A stretch of DNA of 64,000 nt from an uncultured Solirubrobacteraceae bacterium (GCA_963793935.1 CAWCBZ010000005.1:75139-139138); one strand, 5' to 3'. Shown: positions 18,379 to 28,810, counted from the first letter of the stretch. Made by a program: numbers and translations. The notes: generated by a model not told the origin, from the sequence alone.

Positions 18379-19911
18379 CTAGTGAGAAGGCAGTCCGGCG
18401 CCCGGCCCAGTGGCGGCGTCGGGGCTCGTGTCGATGCCCAGGTAGGAGTATTCGCCGCTGAAGCGGTCGCGCTTTGTCGGGATCATGCCCGGGCACCCTT
18501 CGCGCATGTCCTCGCAGTCGAATGCCTGCCCGTTGCGCAGGTGGATGTCCATGCGTGAGAGGTAGTAGAAGGAGAACGCGTTGCCGTCGTGGTTGGCGTC
18601 GACCGCGGCCTCGGCCGGGTCTTCGCGCCAGCGCTCGCTGAGCAGCCGTTTGTCGGCGGAGCCCTGGTGCTTGACGTACTTGTCAAACCACGCCGACGTG
18701 TACCAGGCGATCTCATCCGGCCCGCGCAGCGACGCGCCGAACGCCTGGTTGGGAATGAAGCTGAAGTCCAGGTGCGAGCCGCCGCGGATGATGATCTCGC
18801 CGCTGTCCACGCCGGCGTCGCTGTAGGCGTGTGACTCGGTCGACTTGGCGTTGGGGTCGGGTAGGCCCGTGTTGGGAAGCGGCGGCAGCCCGTAGTCGGC
18901 TGACATGCCGAGAGCGGGCTTGGTGATCGGCACGGTCGTGCGCGCGGCGGGGTCTGCGGGGCAGGGCTTCTCGCCGATCGAGCTCATCGGCGGCGCGCCG
19001 CCCTGCTGGCTTGGCACCGAGCCGGCTTCGGGTCCGGGGCCGCCGAGGTTGTCCCACGCGACGACGGCCTTCACACGCGGATCCCACTGGGCGATGTAGG
19101 AGACGCCCGCGGCGCCGTAGGAGTGTCCGGCGAGGCCGATCTGCGACGGCTTGAGCAGCTTCCAGTACGGGTTGTAGGCCGCGTCGAGGCCCTGCGACAC
19201 GCGTTCGTTCTGCTTGGCGGCATGGCTCGTGCCCGTTTCGCAGCTGGGCACGGGCACATATGGGTGCTTGGCCGTGGAGAGGAAGAAGTTCAGCGCATCC
19301 TCGGTGCCGTCGTAGAACGGGCGTCCATCGGATTGCGCCGGCACGCCCTCCTGTTCGTCGGGCGCCTGGCCGAGCGTGTCGCTCTGGCCCTGTCCCTGTG
19401 GATCGAAGGTGAGCACGACATAGCCGTCCTTGGCGAGCGTCTGCGCGGCATACCAATACATCTGTTCGTCGGCCTGCACCGAGCCATTGGTGATCACGAC
19501 GCCTGGGCGTTTCTTCGGTCCGCCGACGGTCGCCCACACGCGCCCGGACAGCGTGGCGCCGTTTCGCGCCGTGAACAGCACCGGGTCGGAGATGCCGTAG
19601 CCGTTCTTGACCCAGTCGTTCAGGCGGATGTCGCCGGCGCAGCCGTTGCCGCGGTTCCAGCAGAGGTTGTTGGTGAAGAAGCGTCCTGGGTCCGCGGCCT
19701 GCGTGGCGAGCGCTTCGGACAGGCTGGTGGCGCTGTCGGCGGTCAGCTGTGCTTGGTATTCGGGCGTGTCGTAGATCGCCTGGCGCTGCTGCGTGATCGA
19801 GAAGTTCTGCGCCTCGACCGTGGGTTCGAAGGTCGTCGGCGGCGCGGCCTGACTTGCGGCGGGCAGGGCGAGCAGGACGGCGACCGCCGCGATCTGCAGC
19901 TTCGCCCCCAT
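18379..19911 (-). CDS. Secreted alpha/beta-hydrolase (esterase/lipase-like)
   Basis: Signal peptide MGAKLQIAAVAVLLALPAASQA, nucleophile elbow GHSYGA, large size. Start placed at M17 of the listed ORF. Confidence 0.65.
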   Translation of the reverse strand: MGAKLQIAAVAVLLALPAASQAAPPTTFEPTVEAQNFSITQQRQAIYDTPEYQAQLTADSATSLSEALATQAADPGRFFTNNLCWNRGNGCAGDIRLNDWVKNGYGISDPVLFTARNGATLSGRVWATVGGPKKRPGVVITNGSVQADEQMYWYAAQTLAKDGYVVLTFDPQGQGQSDTLGQAPDEQEGVPAQSDGRPFYDGTEDALNFFLSTAKHPYVPVPSCETGTSHAAKQNERVSQGLDAAYNPYWKLLKPSQIGLAGHSYGAAGVSYIAQWDPRVKAVVAWDNLGGPGPEAGSVPSQQGGAPPMSSIGEKPCPADPAARTTVPITKPALGMSADYGLPPLPNTGLPDPNAKSTESHAYSDAGVDSGEIIIRGGSHLDFSFIPNQAFGASLRGPDEIAWYTSAWFDKYVKHQGSADKRLLSERWREDPAEAAVDANHDGNAFSFYYLSRMDIHLRNGQAFDCEDMREGCPGMIPTKRDRFSGEYSYLGIDTSPDAATGPGAGLPSH

Positions 19912-20021
19912 CAAGTGCTTACCTCTCCCGCGCACGGAATGCTGCTTACCCAGCGGCACGGATCTCTAATCGCGCTCTCCGTGCGCCGGCGAGGCGAGGT
20001 GCGCTTGGGTGGTCTCCGCGA

Positions 20022-21113
20022 CTAGGCGAGCGCGCCGAGCGTCGGATCGCCCGCCGCCAGGTCGGCCGGCCGCGACGGCGGGGCCTCGGCGCGACGGGCT
20101 GCCGCGCGCCCGCGACGGCGCGGGCGCCACACGCGCAGATACTGCGCGGCGACGTAGGAGCCGAGCACGAGCGCCAGCGCGATCGCCTGCCCGATGAAGG
20201 TCTCCCAGTTGTTGAACAGCGAGAACCACGTGCCCATCCAGGCCGGGATGCTCAGGCCGTGGATTTCGCTCGTGCCGATCCAGCCGGCGAGCTGCATCTC
20301 GTTGACCTGCTCGCCGACGGACACGACGAGCACGAACAGCAGCATCACGCCGGTAATCACGAGCAATCGCTTGTAGGGCAGTCGCTGGTGCAGCGCGAAC
20401 GTGAGCACGCCCGCGGCGGCCGTGAACAGCGCGCCGATCGCCACGCCCTCGAGCACCACGCTCGAGCCGTACAGCTCGCGCAGGTTCTGCAGGAAGATCA
20501 CGATCTCGAAGCCCTCGCGATAGACCGAGGTGAAGCCCAGCAGCGCGAGGCCGAGCAGCATGCGTCGCTGGTTGGTCTCGGGGTCGGCCGCGAGCAGGCT
20601 GCGACGTCGCTTGTGGTGGCTGGAGATCCAGCCGGTCCAGTAGACCTTGTGAAAGAACCAGTTCATCACGATCAGCAGCACGATCAGCGCGGGCAGGCCG
20701 GTCGCCGCCTGCACGTCGAACTCGCCGCCGTGGAACTGCCCGATCAACCAGATCACGGCGAACCAGGTGGCGATCGAGGCGACGATCGCGCCGGCGCCGC
20801 CGGCCGCGACGGGACGCCTGTAGAGCTTGTTGGCGCCGAGGAAGCTCGCCGTCACCGCGGCGAGCACGAGGATCGTCTCCAGGCCCTCGCGAAAGACCAG
20901 GATGGCGCTGTTGACGACAACGGTCGTGTGGCTGAGGCTGCGCCCCGGCGGCAGATCGGTGGGGTTGGCGGTGCCACCGGAGGCGTGCCAACCGAGCACC
21001 ACAGCGGTCACGGAGATCGCCAGCACGAGCAGCGTCCAGACGTAGAAGCTCGCGCGCTCGTGCAGGCGCTTGGACGCTGCGGCGGTGTCGGCTGCGGGCA
21101 CGGTCTCGGCCAT
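20022..21113 (-). CDS. FTR1-family high-affinity iron permease
   Basis: Two REGLE motifs (VFREGLETILV and VYREGFEIVIF) in a 7-TM protein. Confidence 0.8.
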   Translation of the reverse strand: MAETVPAADTAAASKRLHERASFYVWTLLVLAISVTAVVLGWHASGGTANPTDLPPGRSLSHTTVVVNSAILVFREGLETILVLAAVTASFLGANKLYRRPVAAGGAGAIVASIATWFAVIWLIGQFHGGEFDVQAATGLPALIVLLIVMNWFFHKVYWTGWISSHHKRRRSLLAADPETNQRRMLLGLALLGFTSVYREGFEIVIFLQNLRELYGSSVVLEGVAIGALFTAAAGVLTFALHQRLPYKRLLVITGVMLLFVLVVSVGEQVNEMQLAGWIGTSEIHGLSIPAWMGTWFSLFNNWETFIGQAIALALVLGSYVAAQYLRVWRPRRRGRAAARRAEAPPSRPADLAAGDPTLGALA

Positions 21114-21132
21114 CGCGCGCCACGCTATCAGA

Positions 21133-21162
21133 TTAGGGTTCCCTAATATTAGGGGACCCTAA
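21133..21162. promoter_or_regulatory. Tandem near-palindromic operator (TTAGGGTTCCCTAA TA TTAGGGGACCCTAA) in FTR1 5' region
   Basis: A 30-bp AT-rich dyad sits 20-50 bp upstream of the FTR1 start in an otherwise GC-rich genome. Each 14-mer has TTAGGG/CCCTAA arms. Confidence 0.5.
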
Positions 21163-21237
21163 GACGCTTTCCTTGCAGCTCCTGGCGCGCGTCGCGGGGC
21201 TGGCGCGCGCTCGTCGCCGCCCAGCTGTGTGTGGCGC

Positions 21238-21519
21238 TCAGCGCTGCTCGGCCGGACCGTCGCAGCCGTAGAGGTGCTCGCGCAACTGGTCGCACACCTC
21301 GGCCGACAGGCGCTCTGAGGTCTCCAGCGACTCGATCAGCGTCTCGGCCACGCGCACCTGGCGCTCGCTCTCGGGCTCGCCGAACAGCAGCGCGTCGGCC
21401 GCTTCGAGCAGCTGTTCGCGCTCGCCGGCGTGAAGCTTGGCGGCGCCCTGGCGGTCCATCAGCTCGACCAGCGACGTGTAGTGCGCGCCGCGCGTGGTCA
21501 TCGTCTCTGCGGTCATCAT
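21238..21519 (-). CDS. Hypothetical small acidic protein
   Basis: 93-aa ORF from MMTAETM with consistent codon bias. No known domain. The upstream part of the listed ORF is rejected as an extension. Confidence 0.35.
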   Translation of the reverse strand: MMTAETMTTRGAHYTSLVELMDRQGAAKLHAGEREQLLEAADALLFGEPESERQVRVAETLIESLETSERLSAEVCDQLREHLYGCDGPAEQR

Positions 21520-21550
21520 CGTCGCGCCCACGTTAGCGCCCCGCGCGCGC

Positions 21551-22339
21551 TCAGCAGGGTTCGAACCTCTTGCCGTTGAGGCTGAGCGCGAAGCGCACGC
21601 CCATGATGCCGGCGGCGCGGTCAGGCGCGCAGAACTGGCTCGTGCGCTTGCGGTACTCGGCATTGATCACCGGCTCGCCTGCCGCGAGGTAGGGCTGGAA
21701 GTCCGCGCATTCTTCGTACTGGTTGCACTGCTCTGTGAGCGCGCCGTCGAAGTAGGCGTGCAGCTGCGGCGTCTGTTCGCCGTCGTTCTTCTGCAGCGCG
21801 GCCATGCTCAGCGAGTGCACGTCTTCGGCGATCCACTCGTTGTAGGCGAGCTGCTGCTGCGGCGTGATCGCAAAGCCGCTTTTGTTGGAGAAGGCTTCGA
21901 TGTTGTCCGGCTCGACCGCGTCAAAGCCCTTTTCGCGGCACATCGCAAAGCGCTTGGCCATGATCGGCTCGATCGTCGAGAGCTTGCGAATGTCCAGCCA
22001 TTTCTCGCCGGGCCAGCCGTTTGAGCGTCCCAGCAAGGACTTCGGGAAGGCCGAGTAGTCGGGACGGAAGTTCTCGGCGGTGCCGGCGTCGATGTAGCAG
22101 ATCACGTGCTTGCCCTGCGCATGCAGCGCGGCGACCTCGCTGGCTTCGTTTTCGAACCCGTCGATGTCGTAGGCGGCGACCTGGTGTGCGTTTGAGACGC
22201 TGCCCTGCAGCTGCCAGAACCACGTCAGCTGCTGCGGCGGCTTCCACCAGCTCGGCGCGGCGCCGGCCGACGCGGCGGCGAGCGCGAACAAAAGCGCCAC
22301 GGCCACCACGGCGAGCGAGCGAGCGCTAGGCCGCGGCAT
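21551..22339 (-). CDS. Secreted glycoside hydrolase family 114 (endo-alpha-1,4-polygalactosaminidase-like)
   Basis: Signal peptide MPRPSARSLAVVAVALLFALAAASAGA. GH114 hallmarks are HVICYIDAGTAE and DAVEPDNIEAF. Confidence 0.65.
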   Translation of the reverse strand: MPRPSARSLAVVAVALLFALAAASAGAAPSWWKPPQQLTWFWQLQGSVSNAHQVAAYDIDGFENEASEVAALHAQGKHVICYIDAGTAENFRPDYSAFPKSLLGRSNGWPGEKWLDIRKLSTIEPIMAKRFAMCREKGFDAVEPDNIEAFSNKSGFAITPQQQLAYNEWIAEDVHSLSMAALQKNDGEQTPQLHAYFDGALTEQCNQYEECADFQPYLAAGEPVINAEYRKRTSQFCAPDRAAGIMGVRFALSLNGKRFEPC

Positions 22340-23297
22340 TGTCCTCGCGCCGCGACGGCGGCGAGCGCCGCGCGAGTATCGAGCCCCAGTCGCCGTCGGC
22401 GATCGCGCCGGGGCGCGTGTCGCGCATGAACTCGCGCAGCAGCCCGGACAAGCCGTCGGGGTCTTCCAGGTGCGGGAAGTGCGCGGCGCTCGGCAGCGTG
22501 GCGAAGCGGCTGTCGGGAATCGCCTCGTGCGCGGCGCGGCCGTGCGCAAGCGGAATCGTGTTGTCGCGCTCGCCCCACACGATCAGCGTCGGCAGCGCCT
22601 CCAGCAGATACAGCCGATCGGTCGCGCTGACGCGCTGGCCATGCACGTCGATGACCGCGCGCAGCGTGTGCAGGAAGGCCTGGCGCGCGCCGGCGCTCTG
22701 CAGCGGGCGCAGCGCTCGCGCGGCGGCCTGCAGGTAGACACCGGCGCCGACACCGCGCTCGCGCAGGCGCGCGCCGCCGGCTGCCAGCGCCTCGATCAGA
22801 CGCGGGCGGATCGTCAGCGCGAGCAGCGGCGAGACGCCGGGCAGCGCGGCGGTGCGCAGCGACGGCGTGACGTCGCGCCCCAGGCCGCCGCTGGAGATCA
22901 GGGCGAGGCGCTCGACGCGCTGGGGGAACTGGTAGAAGAACTGCATCGCCACGCCGCCGCCGAGCGAGTGCCCGACGATCGTCGCGCGGTCGATGCCGAT
23001 CGCCGCTAGCAGGTCGCGGATGCTGGCCGCGTGCGCGCCGAGCGAGTAGTCGCCGCGCGGCGCGGCGGAGTCGCCGTGGCCGATCAGATCCGGCGCGACG
23101 ACGGTGTACTCGCCGGCGAGGTTGAGCGCGACCTGGCGCCAGTGGCTGGAGGAGTTGAGCATGCCGTGGATCAGCACGATCGGCGGACCGCTGCCGGCGA
23201 CGCGGTAGATCACGCGGCGCCCGTGCAGCTCGATCTGCCACTCGTCGAACTGCGCCGGCAGCGGCGTCACGGCTGCCGGCGATCGGCCCTGACGCAT
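22326..23297 (-). CDS. Alpha/beta hydrolase fold protein
   Basis: HG oxyanion (IVLIHGM) and nucleophile elbow GHSLGG. Approx. 320 aa. Confidence 0.7.
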   Translation of the reverse strand: MRQGRSPAAVTPLPAQFDEWQIELHGRRVIYRVAGSGPPIVLIHGMLNSSSHWRQVALNLAGEYTVVAPDLIGHGDSAAPRGDYSLGAHAASIRDLLAAIGIDRATIVGHSLGGGVAMQFFYQFPQRVERLALISSGGLGRDVTPSLRTAALPGVSPLLALTIRPRLIEALAAGGARLRERGVGAGVYLQAAARALRPLQSAGARQAFLHTLRAVIDVHGQRVSATDRLYLLEALPTLIVWGERDNTIPLAHGRAAHEAIPDSRFATLPSAAHFPHLEDPDGLSGLLREFMRDTRPGAIADGDWGSILARRSPPSRREDNAAA

Positions 23298-23423
23298 CGC
23301 GCGCCAGCCGCGTCCCTCGCGATCGCCCTTGCCCTCTTTCGATCTCAGCGCGGCACCTCGCGGCTCACCCTACCAAGGCCCTCCGAGGCCCAGACGAGCG
23401 CGCCGGCGCGGCGGCGCCGCGGC

Positions 23424-24394
23424 TCACGCGGTCAACCAGCGCTTGGGGTTCTGCACGAAGATCGTGTCGAACGAGGCGTCGTCCATCGCGCCGGCCTCGC
23501 GCAGCGCCGGCACGACCTCGTCGAACACGAGCGTCATCGACCAGTTGCGGATCGCGCCCTGGCTTTCGAACACCTCGGCGGCCTCGGGCGGGAAGTAGTC
23601 GATCGTCGCGCAGAAGTCCTGAGAGATCATGCAGCCGCTCGGCGTGGCCGCGGCGCAGCAGCTCGATCGCCGTCGCGTTGCGCTTGTCGATCGGCAGGAA
23701 CATGTCCAGGCCGTAGCGGTCGAGCCCGACGTAGACGCCCTTGTCGATCAGACCCTGGATGTAGTCGACGTCGTCGGTGTCGCCGCAGTGGGCGATGACG
23801 ACCTTCGCGAGGTCGACGCCCTCCTCGGCGAAGATCTCGACCTGGCGCGGGCCGGTGCAGCGACGGCCGGCCGGGAGTGGGCCATGATCGGCGCGCCGGT
23901 CTGCACGCTCGCGCGCGCGACCGCGCGGTGGATCTTCTCGACGTTCGCGTTGACGCCCGGCCGCGTCGGCGGCGCACTTGAGGAACGCCGCCTTGATGTC
24001 GGTGCCCTGGATGCCCGTTTCGGATGTCGTCGACGAAGTGGTCGGCGATCACGTCCTCGTGCGGTTGACGAAGTAGTGCGGCAGGTAGTCGTAGGTGTAG
24101 ATGCCGGTGCAGGCGACGACGTGCACGCCGGTCTCGTCGGCGACGCGTCTTCCATGAAGCGTCACGTCGCGCCCGAGGAACATCGCGGTCGGGTCGACGA
24201 TCGTCTGGATGCCGTGCTCCTTGGCGCGGCCGAGCGCCTCGAGCAGCGCGGTCGTCGTGCTCGGCCGCCTCGTCGTAGCGGCCGGGCCACGCTCGGCGAC
24301 CGGCCTCGTCGCGGAAGCGCAGGTGCTCGTGCGCGAGCGTCAGCCCCAGCTCGTCGGCCTCGACGGGGCCCTGCACGGTCTGCACGTCGGACAT
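23424..24394 (-). pseudogene. Phosphotriesterase-related protein (PTER/PHP family), multiply frameshifted
   Basis: The N-terminus MSDVQTVQGPVEADELGLTLAHEHL (frame a), internal NVEKIHRAVARASVQTGAPIMAHS (frame b) and the C-terminus ...DDASFDTIFVQNPKRWLTA (frame c) are all recognisable, but they lie in three different frames with nonsense in between. Confidence 0.6.
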
Positions 24395-24417
24395 GCCATC
24401 CCTCCCGTCGGTTTGTC

Positions 24418-25988
24418 TAGCGCAGCGGCTCGCCCCAGTCGGTCTCTTCGCGCAGCTGCGCCTTGAGCACCTTGCCCGCCGGGGTTGCGCGGCAGCGGCT
24501 CGTCGCGCAGCGCGACGTACTGCGGAACCTTGAAGTCGGCGATCCGCTCGCGCGGCAGTGCGCGATGACGGCGGCCGACGTCGAGCTCGGCGCCGGGCGC
24601 GGGCACGATCACCGCGCCGACCTTCTCGCCCATCATCTCGTCGGGCACGCCGATCACCGCGGCCTCGCCCACGCCCGGCGCGCCGGCCAGCGCCGTTCTC
24701 GACCTCGATCGCAGTACACGTTCTCGCCGCCGCGGTTGATCATGTCCTTCTTGCGATCGACGATGTAGAGCAGGCCGTCGTCGTCGATACGCGCGAGGTC
24801 GCCGGTGTGCAGCCAGCCGTCGACGAACGTCTCGGCCGTCGCCTCGGGCTTGTTCCAGTAGCCCTGCACGACGTTCGGGCCGCGGACCAGCAGCTCGCCG
24901 ACGCCGCGTCTCGGGTCGGGCTCGATCGATCGCCAGGTCGACGACCGGCATCGCGAAGCCGACCGAGTCGGCGTGCTCGGCGGCCGTCCTCGTGCGGGCA
25001 GGAACGACGGTCAGCGAGGACGACTCGGTCAGTCCGAAGCCGTTGCCGACGCGCGCGTTGGGAAACGCGTCCTTGAGCTCGTGCACGAGCTCGCGGCGAT
25101 CGGCGCGCCGCCGTAGCTGACCCAGCGCACGCCGCTGAGCGTCGAGCCTCGGCGAACCGCGGGTGGCGCGTGCAGCGCGTGGTAGATCGCCGGCACGGAC
25201 GACGAGCTGGTTGACGCCATGCTCGCCGACGGCGGCGAGGAAGCCGTCGAGGTCGAGCGGGCTGGACAGGATCTCGACGCGCCCGCCGCCACTCGAGCAT
25301 CGGCAGCAGCTGGCTGTTGCAGCCGGTGACGTGGAACAGCGGCACGGAGACCAGCGTCGCCAGCGCGGCGAGCTCTCGAGCGCGGTCGACGTTGAGCACG
25401 CGAAAGCACGTTCTCGGAGTTGGTGAGGAAGTTGGCGTGCGAGGTCATCGCGCCCTTGGGAAAGCCGGTCGTGCCGCTGGTGTAGAAGATCGCCGCGAGG
25501 TCGTCGGGCGCGAGGTCGTCGACGACGATCGGCTCGCCGTCGGGAAGCGGCGCGTCGGGCACGAAGGTGAACGCGGCGCCGGAGTCGTCGACGACGATAG
25601 CTGACCTCGTCGTCGGTGAAGCGCGTGTTGACCGGCACGACGACCGCGCCGAGCGAGCTGGACAGCCGAAGAACGCGAGCACCCAGTCGGCGCCGTTGCC
25701 CAGGCGGATGGCCACGCGATCGCCGCGCTGCGATGCCGGCGTCGCGCAGGCCGCCGGCGACGCGCGCCGCGCCGATCCCACAGCTCGCCGTAGGTCAGCG
25801 AGCGCCCACCGCCGACCTCGACGATCGCCGTGGCGTCGGCGGTCGCGCTCGACGCTGGCGCGCAGCATGTGCACGAGCGAGGCGGGACGATCGCTGTAGC
25901 GCGCACGACCATCGGGGTCTCTGCGCACGCCGCTCTCGTCGAACGGATTGCGCCCGCGCGGGGCCGGCTCGACGCTCGTCGCCTCCAT
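24418..25988 (-). pseudogene. AMP-dependent synthetase/ligase (acyl-CoA synthetase), multiply frameshifted
   Basis: AMP-binding motif [64 protein letters not shown] and the terminal GKVLKAQLRE are all present. They are spread over at least 5 reading frames. Confidence 0.65.
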
Positions 25989-26092
25989 CACCGCCAGCTT
26001 ACTTCTTGATCGATATATGCCTATCGGCCTCGTGTCGCGCCAGTTGAGACGGACGCGCACGCCGGACGTCCGGGCTGCCGCGCGATAGCCGA

Positions 26093-27274
26093 CTAAAGCT
26101 GTTTTGTGTCCGTTGGCAAACCAAGCAGCAGGCGGCCGCCAAGCTCCCAGGTGGCCGGCGCGACCATCATGTGCTGCGTGGCCACGTGCACGTCGCGAAA
26201 GCGCCGCTGCAGCATGCTCGAGTCATAGATCGACGTGCCGCCGCCGGCGTGGTACATCGCGGTGACGACCTCGGCGGCGACCTCGGTGGCGTGACTGGCG
26301 GCGAGGCGCAGGCCGAGCCGGTGCTGCTGGGCCATCTCGCCTCCGCGCTCGGCGGCGCTCCAGGCCGCGTCTGCTTCGCCGAGCACGAGCGCGCGCGCGG
26401 CGCGCAGCGACGCCTCGGCGCGCGCGACCTGCGCCTGCACGGTGGCGCGTTCGGCGAGCGTCTTTCGCCCGGCGGCGGGCGTCTTCGCGCCGGCCAGCGA
26501 CGCGAGGTCCTCGATCGCGCCGCGCGCGATGCCCAGCGCGACGGAGGCGATGCCGATCGCCAGCAGGCCGAACAACGGGAACGAGTACAGCGCGCCGGGG
26601 TGCAGCGGCCGATCGGTGAACAGCGACAGCACGCGCGCCTCGGGCACCGTCTGCGCGACGGCCGTCATGTCGTGGCTGCCGGTGCCGCGCAGGCCGGACA
26701 CCGACCACGTGTCGATCACCTCGACAGCGTCGATCGGCATCAGCGCCAGGCGCACGTCGGGGCTGCCGTCGTCGAGCAGCGCGGGCTCCTCGCCGTGGTG
26801 CACGACGACGCCGCCGAGCACCCAGTCGCAATGCGTGACGCCGCTGACAAACGACCAGCGGCCGTCGACGACGAACGCGCCGTCGCGCCGCTCGGCGCGC
26901 CCGCGCGGCGCGAACACGCCGCCGGTGACAGAGCGTCCGCCGGCGTAGATGGTTTCGGCCTCGCGCTCGGGCAGGTACGCGCCGAGCAGGCTGCTGGTCG
27001 AGGCGACCATCGCGCACCAGCCGGTGGCGGCATCGGCGCGCGCGAGCTCCTCCAGCGCGCGCACCATCTCCGTTGGGCGCGCCTCGACGCCGCCGAGCGC
27101 ACGCGGCAGACACATGCTCAGCAGGCCGGCGTCGAGCAGCTCATCGACGAGCTCGCGCGGCAGCGCGCGCTGCCGCTCGATGCGCTCGCCGTGCTCGCCG
27201 GCTCGCGGCGCGATTCGCCGCGCCGCTGCGAGCGGCGACTCCGTCGTGCCGATGGTCTCGGTTTCGATCGCCAT
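26093..27274 (-). CDS. Acyl-CoA dehydrogenase family protein (possibly flavin-dependent monooxygenase oxygenase component)
   Basis: ACAD N, middle (WSFVSG) and C-terminal helical domains recognisable over 393 aa. Confidence 0.7.
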   Translation of the reverse strand: MAIETETIGTTESPLAAARRIAPRAGEHGERIERQRALPRELVDELLDAGLLSMCLPRALGGVEARPTEMVRALEELARADAATGWCAMVASTSSLLGAYLPEREAETIYAGGRSVTGGVFAPRGRAERRDGAFVVDGRWSFVSGVTHCDWVLGGVVVHHGEEPALLDDGSPDVRLALMPIDAVEVIDTWSVSGLRGTGSHDMTAVAQTVPEARVLSLFTDRPLHPGALYSFPLFGLLAIGIASVALGIARGAIEDLASLAGAKTPAAGRKTLAERATVQAQVARAEASLRAARALVLGEADAAWSAAERGGEMAQQHRLGLRLAASHATEVAAEVVTAMYHAGGGTSIYDSSMLQRRFRDVHVATQHMMVAPATWELGGRLLLGLPTDTKQL

Positions 27275-27388
27275 GTTCCAAACGCGACGCTGACTGCCGA
27301 CTAGCGGGCGAGACTACCGGCTCGCGCGTTCGCGCGACGGGCGAGCGCGCCTGCGCGATCGCCCGATCGACTGGCATGATCGACGGCG

Positions 27389-28150
27389 ATGCTGTTCGAA
27401 GATCGCTCGCGCGCGGAGTCCTTCGGCGCGATCGCCGAGCTGTATGACCGCGTGCGCCCGAGCTACCCCGCCGCACTGGTCGACGCCTTGCTCGAAGGCG
27501 AGTGCCACGACGTGCTGGACGTCGGTTGCGGCACGGGCATCGTCGCGGCGCTGCTGGCCGAGCGCGGCTGCGACGTGCTGGGCGTGGAGGTCGACGAGCG
27601 CATGGCCGAAGTGGCGCGCGCACGAGGCATCGTCGTCGAGGTGGCGCCGTTCGAGCGCTGGGACGCGCGCGGGCGCACGTTTGACCTGCTCGTCGCCGGG
27701 CAGGCGTGGCATTGGATCGATCCGATCGCCGGCGCGCAGAGGGCCGCGACGCTGCTGCGGCCGGCAGGACAGCTGCGGCTGTTCTGGAACTTCGGCTCGC
27801 CGCCGCGCGAGCTGGCCGAGCTGTTCGCGCCGATCTACGCGCGCCTGGCGCCGGGCGTGGAGAGCTACTCGGTGCTGCTGGGCGGCAGCGATGCGCGCGC
27901 CGACACGGCCGTCGCGGGCATCGCCGAGTCGGGCGGCTTCGATGCGCCGCAGCTGCGCACGTTCGCCTGGAGCCGGCGCCATGACACGGCGCAGTGGCTG
28001 GAGATCCTGCAGACGCACTCCGACCACCAGGCGCTGGAGCCGGTCCGCCGCGCGGAGCTGCTCGCGGAGATCGGCGCCGCGGTCGACTCGATCGGCGGAA
28101 CCTTCGACATGCCCTACGAGGCGGTGCTCGTCAGCGCGCGACGGCGCTGA
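27389..28150 (+). CDS. Class I SAM-dependent methyltransferase
   Basis: Motif I VLDVGCGTG, motif II acidic residue, approx. 250 aa. Confidence 0.75.
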   Translation: MLFEDRSRAESFGAIAELYDRVRPSYPAALVDALLEGECHDVLDVGCGTGIVAALLAERGCDVLGVEVDERMAEVARARGIVVEVAPFERWDARGRTFDLLVAGQAWHWIDPIAGAQRAATLLRPAGQLRLFWNFGSPPRELAELFAPIYARLAPGVESYSVLLGGSDARADTAVAGIAESGGFDAPQLRTFAWSRRHDTAQWLEILQTHSDHQALEPVRRAELLAEIGAAVDSIGGTFDMPYEAVLVSARRR

Positions 28151-28207
28151 CGGCGCGCGGCTCCCGCCGGCAGCGCGTACGCGTGACGACGACGCGCCGG
28201 CGCCGGC

Positions 28208-28810
28208 TCACGGCGACAGCCGCGTCAGCGACCAGGCATCGCCGTCGCGCTGGTAGAGCAGGCGGTCGTGCATGCGGTCGGGCGCTTGCGACCAGAACTC
28301 GATCGCCTGCGGCTCGACACGGATGGCTCCCCAGTCGGGCGGGCATGCGGGCGCGGTCTCCATCGTTTCGAGCAGGTGCGCGTGGCGCGCGCGCAGCGGC
28401 TGCAGGTCGTCGATCGGCTCGCCCTGGCGCGAGACGACGGTCTGCAGCTGGTGTGACACGTCTCGCTCGGCGAACAGCTGCTCGGCCAGCGCGCGCTCGG
28501 CGAGCACGGCGTCGCCGGCGACGTGCACCTGGCGTCCGAGCGAGGGCCAGTGAAACAGCAGCGACACGTGCGGGTTGCGCTCGATCTCGCGCGCCTTGCG
28601 CGTCCACAGCGCGGAGGTGAACACGAGCGCGTCGGCCTCGAGGCGCTTGAGCGAGACGGTGCGCGCAGTGGGGCGAGCGTCGTCGCCGACGGTCACGAAC
28701 GCCGCCGACTGGGCCTCCGCCAAGCGCGCCTCGCGCGCGTCGGCGAGCCACGCGTCGAGCAGCGCAAGCGGCTCGCGCGGGTCGGCGTGGACGTTCTCGC
28801 GCGCGCTCAC
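28208..28810 (-). CDS. pdxH: Pyridoxamine 5'-phosphate oxidase
   Basis: C-terminal IEFWSQAPDRMHDRLLYQRDGDAWSLTRLSP is the PdxH signature tail. FMN-binding split-barrel core present. GTG start overlaps the upstream cupin stop (GTGA). Confidence 0.7.
   Translation of the reverse strand: MSARENVHADPREPLALLDAWLADAREARLAEAQSAAFVTVGDDARPTARTVSLKRLEADALVFTSALWTRKAREIERNPHVSLLFHWPSLGRQVHVAGDAVLAERALAEQLFAERDVSHQLQTVVSRQGEPIDDLQPLRARHAHLLETMETAPACPPDWGAIRVEPQAIEFWSQAPDRMHDRLLYQRDGDAWSLTRLSP

Noticed and set aside
19854-21146. 430-aa plus-strand ORF over the FTR1 locus
   Set aside because: Antisense shadow ORF. The minus-strand frame carries both REGLE motifs and 7 TM helices.
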